Shown: positions 24,053 through 32,972 of the stretch, piece after piece | How the letters are laid out: each line of letters opens with the position of its first letter | How positions within the stretch are numbered: the first letter of the stretch is position 1 | IMG/VR virus record: IMGVR_UViG_3300017963_000091 | Length of the DNA stretch: 47,463 nucleotides | Source: a virus | Strand: one strand, 5' to 3' | Notes under the pieces: model-generated | What the model was told of the DNA's origin: nothing | Databases searched by the model: none | The model's input: the letters and a program-made list of their open reading frames with translations, nothing else | Made by a program: the position numbers and the translations under genes

Positions 24053-24621
24053 TTTTCCCCCTCCATCGGTCTTCGATACGCGCCGACGACGCCGATTGAC
24101 CCAATGTGCCGGAACTCCGACTTCGGCACGTTGTCGTCAATGGCCTTCTGTACCGCCGGGCAGTTCACGTCATGGAGCGCGAGTATCCCGCCCGGTGGGA
24201 TATGCTTCGACCACGCCACAATGTCAGCCGACGCCGCTTCGTAAGTATGTGAGGCGTCTATGAACACCATCGCCACGCGCCCGTAAGCCCATGACCTGCC
24301 CGCGTCCGCGCTGTCGCCCGTCAGGATTCGCACACAGTCGGTCAGGTCAGCCAGAGCCAATGCCTTCGTCGCCATCTCCTCGCTGCCGCTCTTTTGTGTA
24401 CTCGGCACTGTGCCCCAGATGTCATAGCCAAAGAGCGTCGCGCCCGTGTCCCGGCACGCCGCGCCCAACGCGCACGCGCTGCGCCCGCGATAGACGCCGA
24501 GTTCCACGACATGCTTGCAGCCCGTGTCAAGCACCGCGCTCGTCGCCAGCGCGTAAAGCAGCGCGCCGTCGGCGGGCGTCATCAACCCCTCAGTGCGCTT
24601 GAATCGCTCGTACCAGTGCAT
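24049..24621 (-). CDS. class I SAM-dependent methyltransferase, Methyltransf_24/TylF-like (190 aa)
   Basis: VVELGVYRGRSACAL, FIDASHTYEAASADI and GGILALHD. ATG 24621..24619 overlaps the TGA of the GT2 gene (TGATG). Confidence 0.8.
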   Translation of the reverse strand: MHWYERFKRTEGLMTPADGALLYALATSAVLDTGCKHVVELGVYRGRSACALGAACRDTGATLFGYDIWGTVPSTQKSGSEEMATKALALADLTDCVRILTGDSADAGRSWAYGRVAMVFIDASHTYEAASADIVAWSKHIPPGGILALHDVNCPAVQKAIDDNVPKSEFRHIGSIGVVGAYRRPMEGEK

Positions 24622-26066
24622 CACACATATCCCTCTGCGTTGTAGTAATGCTTCGTTCTGACGCCCCAGTGTGCCATGAGGCGGTTGCCTCTGTCCCGAA
24701 CGTGTCGCCACAGCCCGAAGTCCTGTCCAAGCCAGTTCCCGATCTCGCCAACGGGGTACTTGAAGTTCTGCAACACTTCCTTGCGTATCAGCACAAACCC
24801 GACGCCTGACGCGCCTATCGGGGTGCATCCGTCGCTCGGCGGGCGCGGCAGGTCGCCGGGGAATCGCTCTATCGGCTTCAATCCGACCGACCCGTCTTTC
24901 CGATGCTGCCATTCCATCGCCAGAAGCCGATTGTTGTCCACGATAGGCCGCGAGTAGTACACGCCCGTCACGGCGTCCACGTTCGGAGCCATGCCCTCGA
25001 ACAGCCGCCGCGCCGCGTTCGGCTCATACGGCTCGTTGTCGTCCTCGATGCTCAGGATGAACGGCGTCGAAAAATGCGGCGTCGCTCGCGACCACATCTC
25101 GGCCATGCGCTCCGGCATGACCATGCACCTGTTGTGCAGGTTCGTGTACGAGACCCGCGTGTCGTCTTTCTGGTAAATCGTGTTCCGCGCCTTGCAGTTC
25201 GCAAGATACTCCCGCAGCATCTTTCCGCGTTCAGCGTCGTTCGTGTTGTCGTAGAAGAACAGGGTCGTCCTGTCCCAGTCCAGTCCAAGGTTCTCCAGCA
25301 TGTCGAAGAACCGCCGCCCGGTAATCGGCCTGCCCGGCCCGAACGGGGTGAACACGGTGATCGGTCTACGCCGCAGCACTTCCTGATACCACGGCATCCG
25401 GTTCTGGAAACTCGCCGTCAGGCTCCCCGCGTGCGTCCGATGCTCGTAGTTGATATTGGCATACGCCGCCCACCACCCGTGTTCCAATATCCGCAGCCAC
25501 AACTCCCAGTCCTGAAACACGGGCAGATTGCCCCAGCCGCCGACACTCTCAATCGCGCGCCGCCGCACCATGCTCTGGCCCGCGATGTAGTTCTCGCGGT
25601 ACACGCTCGGCCTGTTCTTGCCGCAGCCCTGACTCTCGTACAGGCCGAAACTCGTGTGCATGGGATAGACAAGGCCGATGCGCCGTTCGGTGAATCGGTC
25701 ATGCAACGCCTTGAGATAGCCTTTCGGCAGCACGTCGTCGGCGTCCATGAACACAATGAACTTGGATTTCGTCATGCACAGGCCGCGCTGGCGCAGGGCG
25801 CAAATGTTCCGTTCCACAGGCCCGACCACGGCCACCTTCACCCCCGACGCACGCGCCACCGCCACGCTGTCGTCCTCGCTGGCATTGTCCATGTAGACAA
25901 TCTCGCGTGCGCCGGGGGTCTGCCGCTGCACGCTCTCTATGGCGTCTTTCAGGTATTGCCCGTAGTTCCGGCCCGATATGATGACCGCAACGGGCAGCCG
26001 CTCCTTGCTCTGCGCCAAGTCCGGTATCATAAACTCGCGGAATCGCTTGATGATGTCCAGGGTCAT
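24621..26066 (-). CDS. two-domain glycosyltransferase, N-terminal GT2 (481 aa)
   Basis: VAVIISGRNYGQYLKDAIESVQRQT...EIVYMDNASEDDS...FVFMDADDVLP gives the GT2 signature and DxD. The second half has another GT-A-like block (...FFYDNTNDAE...FILSIEDDNEP). Confidence 0.85.
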   Translation of the reverse strand: MTLDIIKRFREFMIPDLAQSKERLPVAVIISGRNYGQYLKDAIESVQRQTPGAREIVYMDNASEDDSVAVARASGVKVAVVGPVERNICALRQRGLCMTKSKFIVFMDADDVLPKGYLKALHDRFTERRIGLVYPMHTSFGLYESQGCGKNRPSVYRENYIAGQSMVRRRAIESVGGWGNLPVFQDWELWLRILEHGWWAAYANINYEHRTHAGSLTASFQNRMPWYQEVLRRRPITVFTPFGPGRPITGRRFFDMLENLGLDWDRTTLFFYDNTNDAERGKMLREYLANCKARNTIYQKDDTRVSYTNLHNRCMVMPERMAEMWSRATPHFSTPFILSIEDDNEPYEPNAARRLFEGMAPNVDAVTGVYYSRPIVDNNRLLAMEWQHRKDGSVGLKPIERFPGDLPRPPSDGCTPIGASGVGFVLIRKEVLQNFKYPVGEIGNWLGQDFGLWRHVRDRGNRLMAHWGVRTKHYYNAEGYV

Positions 26067-27328
26067 TTGAATGCCTTCGGGAACTCCGCCTTCAAAATGG
26101 TCATAATGGCGTCATACTCCACGCCCTCGATCTTCGCGTCCTTCGCGTGCCGGTTCATCTGCGCGTAGTCGCTCGGCACCAGGTCTTTCCCCAGCGTCTC
26201 ATGCAGCTTGCACCCCGGATACGGCGTCAGGAACGCGGGGCTGTAGTAGTCCACGTCGCAGTCCTTGACGAGCCGCACGGTCTGCATCGTCTCGCTCGGC
26301 GTCTCGCCGGGGATGCCGTGTATGATGTTTCCGACTATCCGGCAGCCCAGCCGCTTGAGCGTCCGGCACGCCTCGTAGTTCTGCTCGACGGTCGTGCCCT
26401 TCTCCAAGTAGTCCAAGTGCCGCTGGCACCCGCTTTCCAGCCCGACGTTCACCGTGTCGAGGCCGATACCGCGCAATGCCTCGAACATGGCGGGCCGCTT
26501 CACGATGATGTCGGCGCGACACGCGACGTTGAACGGGATACCGCCGCACACCTTCGGATACTCGCGTATGAATTCCTCGACCCATTTCCGCCTGAGCGTG
26601 AACAGGTCGTCTATGAACTCGATGTAGGCGGGGTGGTACTGTCGCGTCAGGTGCTTGAGTTCCATCATCACATGCGCGACGCTGCGTATCCGCACTTTCG
26701 GCCCGAACACCGTGTCGCTCACGGGATAGCAGAACGCGCATTTGTGCGGGCACCCGCGCCCGACCATGACGGTCACGAACGGATAGGCGCTGTGCCATTG
26801 CCCGCCGTGGTAGAGTTCCCCGCCGCGATAGTCTATGAGTTCCCGGTCTATGGGAAGAAGCGCGTCGAGGTCGGGCGGTTCCCCGGCCACCACGCGCTCG
26901 TACCCGACAAAATAGTCCCTGAGCATGTCGCACAGCGTCCACTCCCCTTCGCCTGTCAGGATGTAGTCAATCTGCGCCTTCTTCTCCGCGTCTTCCGGCT
27001 TGATGCTGACATGCACGCCGCCCATCACGGTCGTCACATGCCGCGCCTTCTCTTTCAGCCGCTTCAGATAGTCGCACGCGACGGGGAAGTCCACGGTCAT
27101 CGCGCCGACGCCGACGAATTCCGGGTCGCGCAACAGCGTGTCGTTCACCGCGTCTTCAATACACTTATGCCGCCGCAAGTCCACGATGGTAACGTGGTGC
27201 CCGTTGCGGTTCGCTTCGGTCGCCACGGATAGAAGCCCGTGCGGGAGGGAGTTGTGCCTTCTTCCCTCCCGCGCGTAGCAGTTCCAACCGTGCATCGTTA
27301 CGTTCGGCACTACCAACACGCCCTTCAT
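26063..27328 (-). CDS. B12-binding-domain radical SAM enzyme (421 aa)
   Basis: A Rossmann-like cobalamin-binding N-domain (HHVTIVDL...FVGVGAMT...VMGGVHVS...ILTGEGE) is followed by VGRGCPHKCAFC (CX3CX2C). This is the class-B radical SAM layout. Confidence 0.9.
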   Translation of the reverse strand: MKGVLVVPNVTMHGWNCYAREGRRHNSLPHGLLSVATEANRNGHHVTIVDLRRHKCIEDAVNDTLLRDPEFVGVGAMTVDFPVACDYLKRLKEKARHVTTVMGGVHVSIKPEDAEKKAQIDYILTGEGEWTLCDMLRDYFVGYERVVAGEPPDLDALLPIDRELIDYRGGELYHGGQWHSAYPFVTVMVGRGCPHKCAFCYPVSDTVFGPKVRIRSVAHVMMELKHLTRQYHPAYIEFIDDLFTLRRKWVEEFIREYPKVCGGIPFNVACRADIIVKRPAMFEALRGIGLDTVNVGLESGCQRHLDYLEKGTTVEQNYEACRTLKRLGCRIVGNIIHGIPGETPSETMQTVRLVKDCDVDYYSPAFLTPYPGCKLHETLGKDLVPSDYAQMNRHAKDAKIEGVEYDAIMTILKAEFPKAFK

Positions 27329-27385
27329 GGCTCCCCTTTCCTTCCTGTCAGGGTCAATTAGCTCTCCACTATACGGTAGATTGCA

Positions 27386-27727
27386 TCAATGGTAGATGCC
27401 GGTGGCGATAAACTTCACCGCGCCCACGTCCGTGCCGTCCGATACCTCGGTCAGCGGGCCGTCGGTAGATGAAGAATAATCGCCCTGGTACGCCTTGAAT
27501 GCCTTGTCGGTCGCGCTCCACGAGAGGACATACCCCTCGTCGGTCGCCCCGGCAGGCGCGACGGTGACTGAAATCGTGTCATCGTGAAAGAACTTCGTGA
27601 TGCCCGTGATCTCAACCAGCGTCGAGTTGTACTCTGTAATGTCCACGGTGCCGGTGATGAGGCCATAGTTGCGCGTGCCTCGTTCCGGCTTCGGGGTGTC
27701 CAGAGTAACCGTTGCTGTATACGCCAT
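27386..27727 (-). CDS. hypothetical capsid-region protein (113 aa), beta-rich
   Basis: ORF with an ATG. Thr/Gly/Val-rich beta-like sequence, two genes downstream of the MCP. Decoration-type role is only a guess. Confidence 0.55.
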   Translation of the reverse strand: MAYTATVTLDTPKPERGTRNYGLITGTVDITEYNSTLVEITGITKFFHDDTISVTVAPAGATDEGYVLSWSATDKAFKAYQGDYSSSTDGPLTEVSDGTDVGAVKFIATGIYH

Positions 27728-27838
27728 GAAAAACGCTCCAAGTGTCGTGGGGGCCTAAGCCCCGTTGTACCGTTTACCTTGAAGCATCGGGGGCGGGCCT
27801 CACTAACGATGCCCGCGCCCCCTTTGCCTCTTCTCCGC

Positions 27839-28603
27839 CTAGTCGAGCATCAGCATGACCGGCTGGTACTTGGCATCCTCGTCGTTCGCGGCGTCGAACA
27901 GCCGCATACCGACAATCGCCTCGCCCGCCGCGTCCTGAGACTCGACCGTTCCGTCCACGCTTGACCCGATGGTCAGAAGCCGCTGGCCCGCATTGTTGCC
28001 CTCGGCCTCGTCCTGCAACACGCCGCACAGGCCGCGTGTCTGGCCCCAAAAGTAATACGCCTCCGTGACCGCGATACGCGGCACACAAATCGGCGTTTCC
28101 TTCTGGTCTTTGTTCGCTTCCTGTACGACATACGGCGATTGCACCAGCACGACATCGGTGTCCGACGTGCTCCACGCGACTTTCAGCCCGCCGTAGATGG
28201 TAACGGTGCCTGTAGACGATGAATCAATGGCCGCGTTCTCGGCAATGTCGTAGGTATTGCCCGCGCCCGTGCCCTCGTCCACAATCAACACGCCGTCCTC
28301 GTACTGGTTGGCTGTGATCGCGCTCGCCGCCGTGATGGTGAGGTCGGCTGTGCCGATGGCGTGCGCCACCGTCACGGTGTCCTCGGCGTCCGAGTCGGCC
28401 ACCGCCGTCGCCAGCTTGCCCGCGCTCAACGCCTCGTTCGCCTTGCAGTAGCGAAAGACCGAATCGCCAACGCAAAGTTTCGCGCCGAGCGGGTGCTGCT
28501 TCGTTGCCGACTCCTCTGTAATCCAGTGGGCCGGACTTGTTACAAAATGCTTGCCCGAAACAAACTGCCCGCCCCTTCGGGTGTCCCAAGGAGGTTGTGA
28601 CAT
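27839..28603 (-). CDS. capsid-associated structural protein candidate (254 aa)
   Basis: Immediately downstream of the MCP. Ala/Gly/Thr/Val-rich beta-type sequence with two similar halves. Possibly decoration/cement-like. Confidence 0.5.
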   Translation of the reverse strand: MSQPPWDTRRGGQFVSGKHFVTSPAHWITEESATKQHPLGAKLCVGDSVFRYCKANEALSAGKLATAVADSDAEDTVTVAHAIGTADLTITAASAITANQYEDGVLIVDEGTGAGNTYDIAENAAIDSSSTGTVTIYGGLKVAWSTSDTDVVLVQSPYVVQEANKDQKETPICVPRIAVTEAYYFWGQTRGLCGVLQDEAEGNNAGQRLLTIGSSVDGTVESQDAAGEAIVGMRLFDAANDEDAKYQPVMLMLD

Positions 28604-28643
28604 GAAAAGTTGCCCCTTACATTTCGCCTGTGTCTAGGCTCCA

Positions 28644-28689
28644 CCCCGCATTGTCTTGCGGGGAGGGTGCCCCGGCCACGTGCCGGGGC
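28644..28689 (-). other. two GC-rich stem-loops just downstream of the capsid gene stop
   Basis: gccccgg-c-cacgtg-ccggggc (28669-28689) and ccccgc-attgtctt-gcgggg (28644-28663). Neither has a U-tract. Similar GC hairpins occur at 27750-27763 and 27789-27822. Confidence 0.45.
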
Positions 28690-28698
28690 CTGCCCCTA

Positions 28699-29649
28699 CT
28701 ACGCCGCAATGGTCGTCAACACCCCGCAGGTGCCGGGATTGTCCACAATCAACTGCGCGCGCAACACCAACTGCGCCGTTCGGTCAAGGCCGTTCGGCTT
28801 CTCTTTCCACTTCGTCCACTTGAAATCGGCGGACGGTGACACCGCCCACTCGACCGCGCTGGAGTCGAGCATGTACATCGCGCCACTCGTGCAGTCGTGA
28901 TCCAAGGTGATGGGCGTGCCGCTCCAACCGACGTTGGCGAATTCGGCGTCACCCATCTTCTTGTCCGTAATCCACTTCTGCTCGCGCGCCACAGCGTTGT
29001 ACGCCTCATACGAACCCTTGTCCGTAATGACGTAATCCACGCTGCCGTACTTTTCGCAGTCCAGCTTGAGATCGAGCATGTCGTCAAGCAGGTAGGTGTA
29101 GTAGCTGCCCGTACTCGTCTTTTGCTGGTTCCGCCACAGGGGGTAGTTTGCGCGGTTGATGCCCGCGATAGTCCCCGTGGACGGAGAGCTTGCGATGTAG
29201 TACGGCAGGCCCGACAGGTCGAGGCCGACGGGCGTGGTCGCCCACAGCATCGCCTGTACTTTCTTCTCCAGACCTTTCACGGTGATCTGGATGTTCTTTT
29301 TGACAAGGTTGATAATCGCCGACTGCCCGGTGTTCTCCTGCTCGTCCGTCCAGAATCGCGTCAGGGAGTCCCCGACGTTCTTCATGTAGTAGACGGCCTG
29401 AGAGATGTAGTCCGGGTCAACCTCGTCGAACGTCGCGCCGCGTCCGAAGCTCTTGGCGGTGTCCGGTTCAACCAACTGAACCGGCCTGTTGATGGACCGC
29501 CCGCCAACTTCGGACACCCGGTTCTTCCGTTTCAGCCAGAAGAACAGGGGGCGCTTTTGGAACGTTGGGTCAATGACCGTTCGGCCCATCTTGCGAAGGG
29601 TCGAAGAGTACATTGAGTTGTAGTACTCGGTTACGCTCGCAAAAGCCAA
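28699..29649 (-). CDS. major capsid protein, HK97-fold type (316 aa)
   Basis: Lies between the scaffold-like gene and capsid-region genes. Size and sequence style (…GGRSINRPVQL…, …NYPLWRNQ…, C-terminal …LVLRAQLIVDNPG…) are typical of HK97-fold coat proteins. TTG start with GAGAAAGAGA upstream. Confidence 0.75.
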   Translation of the reverse strand: MAFASVTEYYNSMYSSTLRKMGRTVIDPTFQKRPLFFWLKRKNRVSEVGGRSINRPVQLVEPDTAKSFGRGATFDEVDPDYISQAVYYMKNVGDSLTRFWTDEQENTGQSAIINLVKKNIQITVKGLEKKVQAMLWATTPVGLDLSGLPYYIASSPSTGTIAGINRANYPLWRNQQKTSTGSYYTYLLDDMLDLKLDCEKYGSVDYVITDKGSYEAYNAVAREQKWITDKKMGDAEFANVGWSGTPITLDHDCTSGAMYMLDSSAVEWAVSPSADFKWTKWKEKPNGLDRTAQLVLRAQLIVDNPGTCGVLTTIAA

Positions 29650-29687
29650 AGTTGTCTCTTTCTCGTTGCGCCGCCAAGGTCACGAGG

Positions 29688-30356
29688 CTATGTCGCGCCG
29701 GGGTATCCCCCCTGCGCCTGTAGTTCCCTGAAAGTATCCAGCGCGGCATCACCGAGACTCGTGTACTCCTTGTCGGCATTTGCCCCAGCCGAGTTCGGTT
29801 TCTCAGAGGCCGCGCGCTTGGCACTCTCTGCCTTCGCGGGATCGGGCTTCTTCTCAGGCGTCGGCGGTGTCGCGGCCTTGGGCCGCTTCGCACGCGCCAG
29901 CGCCATCAAATCTTCGTCCGCTAACGTCGGATACTTCTTTGCGAGCTTCAACACGTCCGATTCGATCTCCTTCCAGTCCGGCACTTCCTTTGCATACTTG
30001 TCGCACAATTTCTGCTGCGCGCTCTGCTTGATCTGGTACTGCACCATCGAAGTGACCTTCTTCAGTTCCGCTTGCAGAGCCTTGATTTGCGCATCACGCG
30101 GGTCAGCTTCCTCGCCCGCTTGCTGTTCTTGTGTTTCGTCACCCCCAAACCACTGTTTGTACAGCGTGTCGAGTTCTTCGCTATCCGCCGACTCCGACGA
30201 GTTCGCCTTCTCCGTCTCCAACGCCTCCACCTTCGCTTGCAGGGCCTTCAACTGTTCCGCCGCTGTCGGCTCCTGTGTCTCCGTCGTCTGCGTCTCCTGC
30301 GTCGCTTCCGTCGTCTGCGTCTGCTCCGTCGTCTCCGTCGCTTCCTGTTCCGGCAT
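29688..30356 (-). CDS. scaffolding protein candidate (222 aa)
   Basis: Very acidic T/E/Q-rich N-terminus and a helical heptad-like middle, directly upstream of the MCP. AAGGGG lies 7 nt before the ATG. Confidence 0.65.
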   Translation of the reverse strand: MPEQEATETTEQTQTTEATQETQTTETQEPTAAEQLKALQAKVEALETEKANSSESADSEELDTLYKQWFGGDETQEQQAGEEADPRDAQIKALQAELKKVTSMVQYQIKQSAQQKLCDKYAKEVPDWKEIESDVLKLAKKYPTLADEDLMALARAKRPKAATPPTPEKKPDPAKAESAKRAASEKPNSAGANADKEYTSLGDAALDTFRELQAQGGYPGAT

Positions 30357-30564
30357 TATCTTGCCCCTTGTTCAAGGCCCTTGTTGCCTTCTCCGCCATG
30401 TTGCGCAACCGCTTCTCGTCGAGCGCCTTCACATGAATGGCACGCTGCAACTCGATGAACACGATGTCAGCCATGTACTGCGCCCACTCGCCGTCCAACG
30501 CCACCACCGCGCCCTTCTCGTCGAACGTCACATGCGCTTCCGTCCCTTCCGGTATCTTCCTCAT
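30181..30564 (-). CDS. hypothetical protein (127 aa) whose 3' end overlaps the scaffold gene out of frame
   Basis: ATG 30564..30562 overlaps the TGA of 30561..30884 (ATGA). The first ~65 aa look protein-like. The last ~58 aa (GSDGDDGADADDG...) are the alternative frame of the scaffold N-terminus. Confidence 0.4.
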   Translation of the reverse strand: MRKIPEGTEAHVTFDEKGAVVALDGEWAQYMADIVFIELQRAIHVKALDEKRLRNMAEKATRALNKGQDNAGTGSDGDDGADADDGSDAGDADDGDTGADSGGTVEGPASEGGGVGDGEGELVGVGG

Positions 30565-30884
30565 GCCGTCGTCAACTCCACTGGCGGGTTGCCGTGCTGC
30601 TGCGCAACATGCGACTTGGCAACGCACAGCCGCTCCGCGACCTCTTTGGTCAGTTCCACAACGTACCGTGGTTCTTCGCCGTTCGCCGCCGCTTCAGGAT
30701 TGGCTAATCGTGGACGTTCCATGCGAAGGAATATCCACACCAAATCGCCAAGAAGATTCAGGCTTTCTTGCAAGCGACCGCGCGATTGTTCCCGGCGCTC
30801 CAGTTCTTCCTCGCGCTTCTTGGCGAGCAGTTCCAGCAAATCGTCCACGTCAAGGTCATCCAACGTCTCCCAATACCCAACCAC
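30561..30884 (-). CDS. hypothetical protein (107 aa)
   Basis: ORF between the zinc-ribbon gene and the scaffold region. Acidic helical N-terminus. Confidence 0.55.
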   Translation of the reverse strand: MVGYWETLDDLDVDDLLELLAKKREEELERREQSRGRLQESLNLLGDLVWIFLRMERPRLANPEAAANGEEPRYVVELTKEVAERLCVAKSHVAQQHGNPPVELTTA

Positions 30885-30895
30885 TTCTTTCCCTC

Positions 30896-31192
30896 CTAAT
30901 CATCCATCCTGTCGTGATACTGGTATCCTCTGTGTATCTTCCCACGCCTCCGGCATTCGTTCTCCAACTCGCGTGTGCTGGACACGAACACCCGCCCCTT
31001 CGGATTGCCCGGCCCTTCCAATTCAAGCCAGCGCGCCTTGAACCCGCCCACTTCCGGCTTTGTCCGATGCTCCCAGTCCTGCGTTAGAAACGTGCCGCAC
31101 GCCTGACACTTCTGCCGATTGCGTTCAGCTATCGCGCACGTCCGCTCACATCGCCCCTTGCATGTCGGGCATCGGAACTGGTACGTTGGCAC
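30896..31192 (-). CDS. FmdB-type zinc-ribbon protein (98 aa)
   Basis: MPTYQFRCPTCKGRCE...CQACG matches the MP-x-Y-x-[FY]-x-C-x2-C ... C-x2-C signature of the FmdB/CxxC_CxxC_SSSS family. Confidence 0.7.
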   Translation of the reverse strand: MPTYQFRCPTCKGRCERTCAIAERNRQKCQACGTFLTQDWEHRTKPEVGGFKARWLELEGPGNPKGRVFVSSTRELENECRRRGKIHRGYQYHDRMDD

Positions 31193-32972
31193 TTCCGCCC
31201 CCCATCATCTGCTGCTGGCCCGCGCCCTGCAACACGTCGCCGAATGCACCCAGGCCCATGACACCCGGCATCTGCGGCGGGTTCAGCACGGCGTCGGCAT
31301 CCACCCCCTCGAACTGGCGCATGACGTGCCGCTGCAACTCCTGCATCTGCTGCGGCAGCAGGAATTGCGCCATGACCTGAAACAACGCAATCGCGTCCTG
31401 CTTGCGCTGTTCCTTCGTCATCGGCAGCGCGTCGTCGGGCTGTACGAGGTAATCGTATTCGCCTTCGAGTTCAGGCCCGGAATAGTTCACCCAGTACTGC
31501 ATCCCTTCCGGCCCAGCCACACGCGCCACACGCGGCTTGTCCCACCACTTGAACACCATCTGCGCACACGCACGCATGATGCTGGCGAACATATCGGCCA
31601 TCACGTCGCGCCGTTCGTCCACGCGAATCTGACTGTTCTGCTGGACAATGTTCGCCTCCGTCGCGCTGGCGCGGCTCTGCCCGCCCTCCGCGCCACGGTT
31701 GAACTCGCCCATCTGGTTGCGGCCCTGACCCAACAGGTCGCGCATGTCCGCCTCGATCAACTCGCTCCAACTCGCCAGATCGTTCGGCATAAACCCGTCA
31801 AGTTCCTTGATGTCGTCGGCCAGCTTGCCGACCTCACCGTCCGTCTCGATGAACTCGAACGGTTTGTCGCTCGTAAACTTGTGCTTTTCGCCGTCGGGTA
31901 TCAGCCCCTTCTTGACAAGCAGCCGCCGCAACGCCATCTTGCGGTACTGCTGCTGTAACCGCCGCGTCGTGTTCAGTTCCTCCTGCTGCGGGTGAAGCAC
32001 TTGCGCGTCGGAGATGCCCCAAAACGTCTTGGGATGCTGGTTGAATATCAGCGCCCTGAACGGCAGCCCATCGAACTGCAACTCATCGAAGTCGTCGCGC
32101 AGCATCTTCTTGTGCGTCAGGTTCAGCGTAATCACGCGCCGCGCCTTCGCCTCGTGGATTTCCCACAGTTCCACCCACTCGTCGGTAATGGACTTGGGCC
32201 GCGTATTCTCCGGGTCTTCGGCCTTCGACTGCCACGATTCCGGCGTAATCATGCGCGGCTCGTCGTGGTCGTTGTACTCCTCGCTGCGCGTCGGCTCCAG
32301 CCCGCGCTTGTCGCCCTTCTCGTACAGCGGGCTTTTCATCACGTCGTCTATCGTGCGGAGCGTGCGATGCGCGCACCAGCGCGCGTCCTCAATACACGTC
32401 GCCGACGGGTCAATCAGGAAGTCTTTCGGGTGCACGCGCAAGGCCCACGGCATCCCCGGCTGCACGTCGAGGCTGTATTCGAGTTTCTTGAACTCCTCGT
32501 CGAACTGTGCGTCCGTCTCGCCGCTCGCATCGGCCACGCCCATCGGCGTCATCATCGGGCCGAGCAACCGTTTCGGGTCGAATCCGTGCTCGCTGTCGTA
32601 GCCGAGCTTGACAATGCCCGTGCCGCATACCAGCGCGTCGAGCGCGGCGCGTTTCATGTTGCGTTTGAGCGCCATTTCCTGCACCAGCCAGTTCAGCAGG
32701 ACTTCCAGCACACGCGCCCCGGCGTCCATGCCGTATCGCCTGCCCGTCACCGTCACACGCGGGTTGCGGAAATAGATCTGCGGTATCAGACTCTTGAACT
32801 GACTGAACATGTAGTTGATCGGGAGCTTCTGGCCGAGCGTCGTCCAGTCGCCGACATAGAACTGCTCCCATTTCTGCCAGTCGTCGGAGTGCCCGTACTT
32901 GCGCTGGTACTCGATGCCGCGATGTATCTGGTCTTTCCAGTACCGGATGTCCGCCGTCTGCTGCTGGGCCAT
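31146..32972 (-). CDS. portal protein (608 aa)
   Basis: ATG 32972..32970 overlaps the TerL stop (TGATG). Size and position between TerL and the scaffold/MCP genes. Confidence 0.75.
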   Translation of the reverse strand: MAQQQTADIRYWKDQIHRGIEYQRKYGHSDDWQKWEQFYVGDWTTLGQKLPINYMFSQFKSLIPQIYFRNPRVTVTGRRYGMDAGARVLEVLLNWLVQEMALKRNMKRAALDALVCGTGIVKLGYDSEHGFDPKRLLGPMMTPMGVADASGETDAQFDEEFKKLEYSLDVQPGMPWALRVHPKDFLIDPSATCIEDARWCAHRTLRTIDDVMKSPLYEKGDKRGLEPTRSEEYNDHDEPRMITPESWQSKAEDPENTRPKSITDEWVELWEIHEAKARRVITLNLTHKKMLRDDFDELQFDGLPFRALIFNQHPKTFWGISDAQVLHPQQEELNTTRRLQQQYRKMALRRLLVKKGLIPDGEKHKFTSDKPFEFIETDGEVGKLADDIKELDGFMPNDLASWSELIEADMRDLLGQGRNQMGEFNRGAEGGQSRASATEANIVQQNSQIRVDERRDVMADMFASIMRACAQMVFKWWDKPRVARVAGPEGMQYWVNYSGPELEGEYDYLVQPDDALPMTKEQRKQDAIALFQVMAQFLLPQQMQELQRHVMRQFEGVDADAVLNPPQMPGVMGLGAFGDVLQGAGQQQMMGGGSANVPVPMPDMQGAM

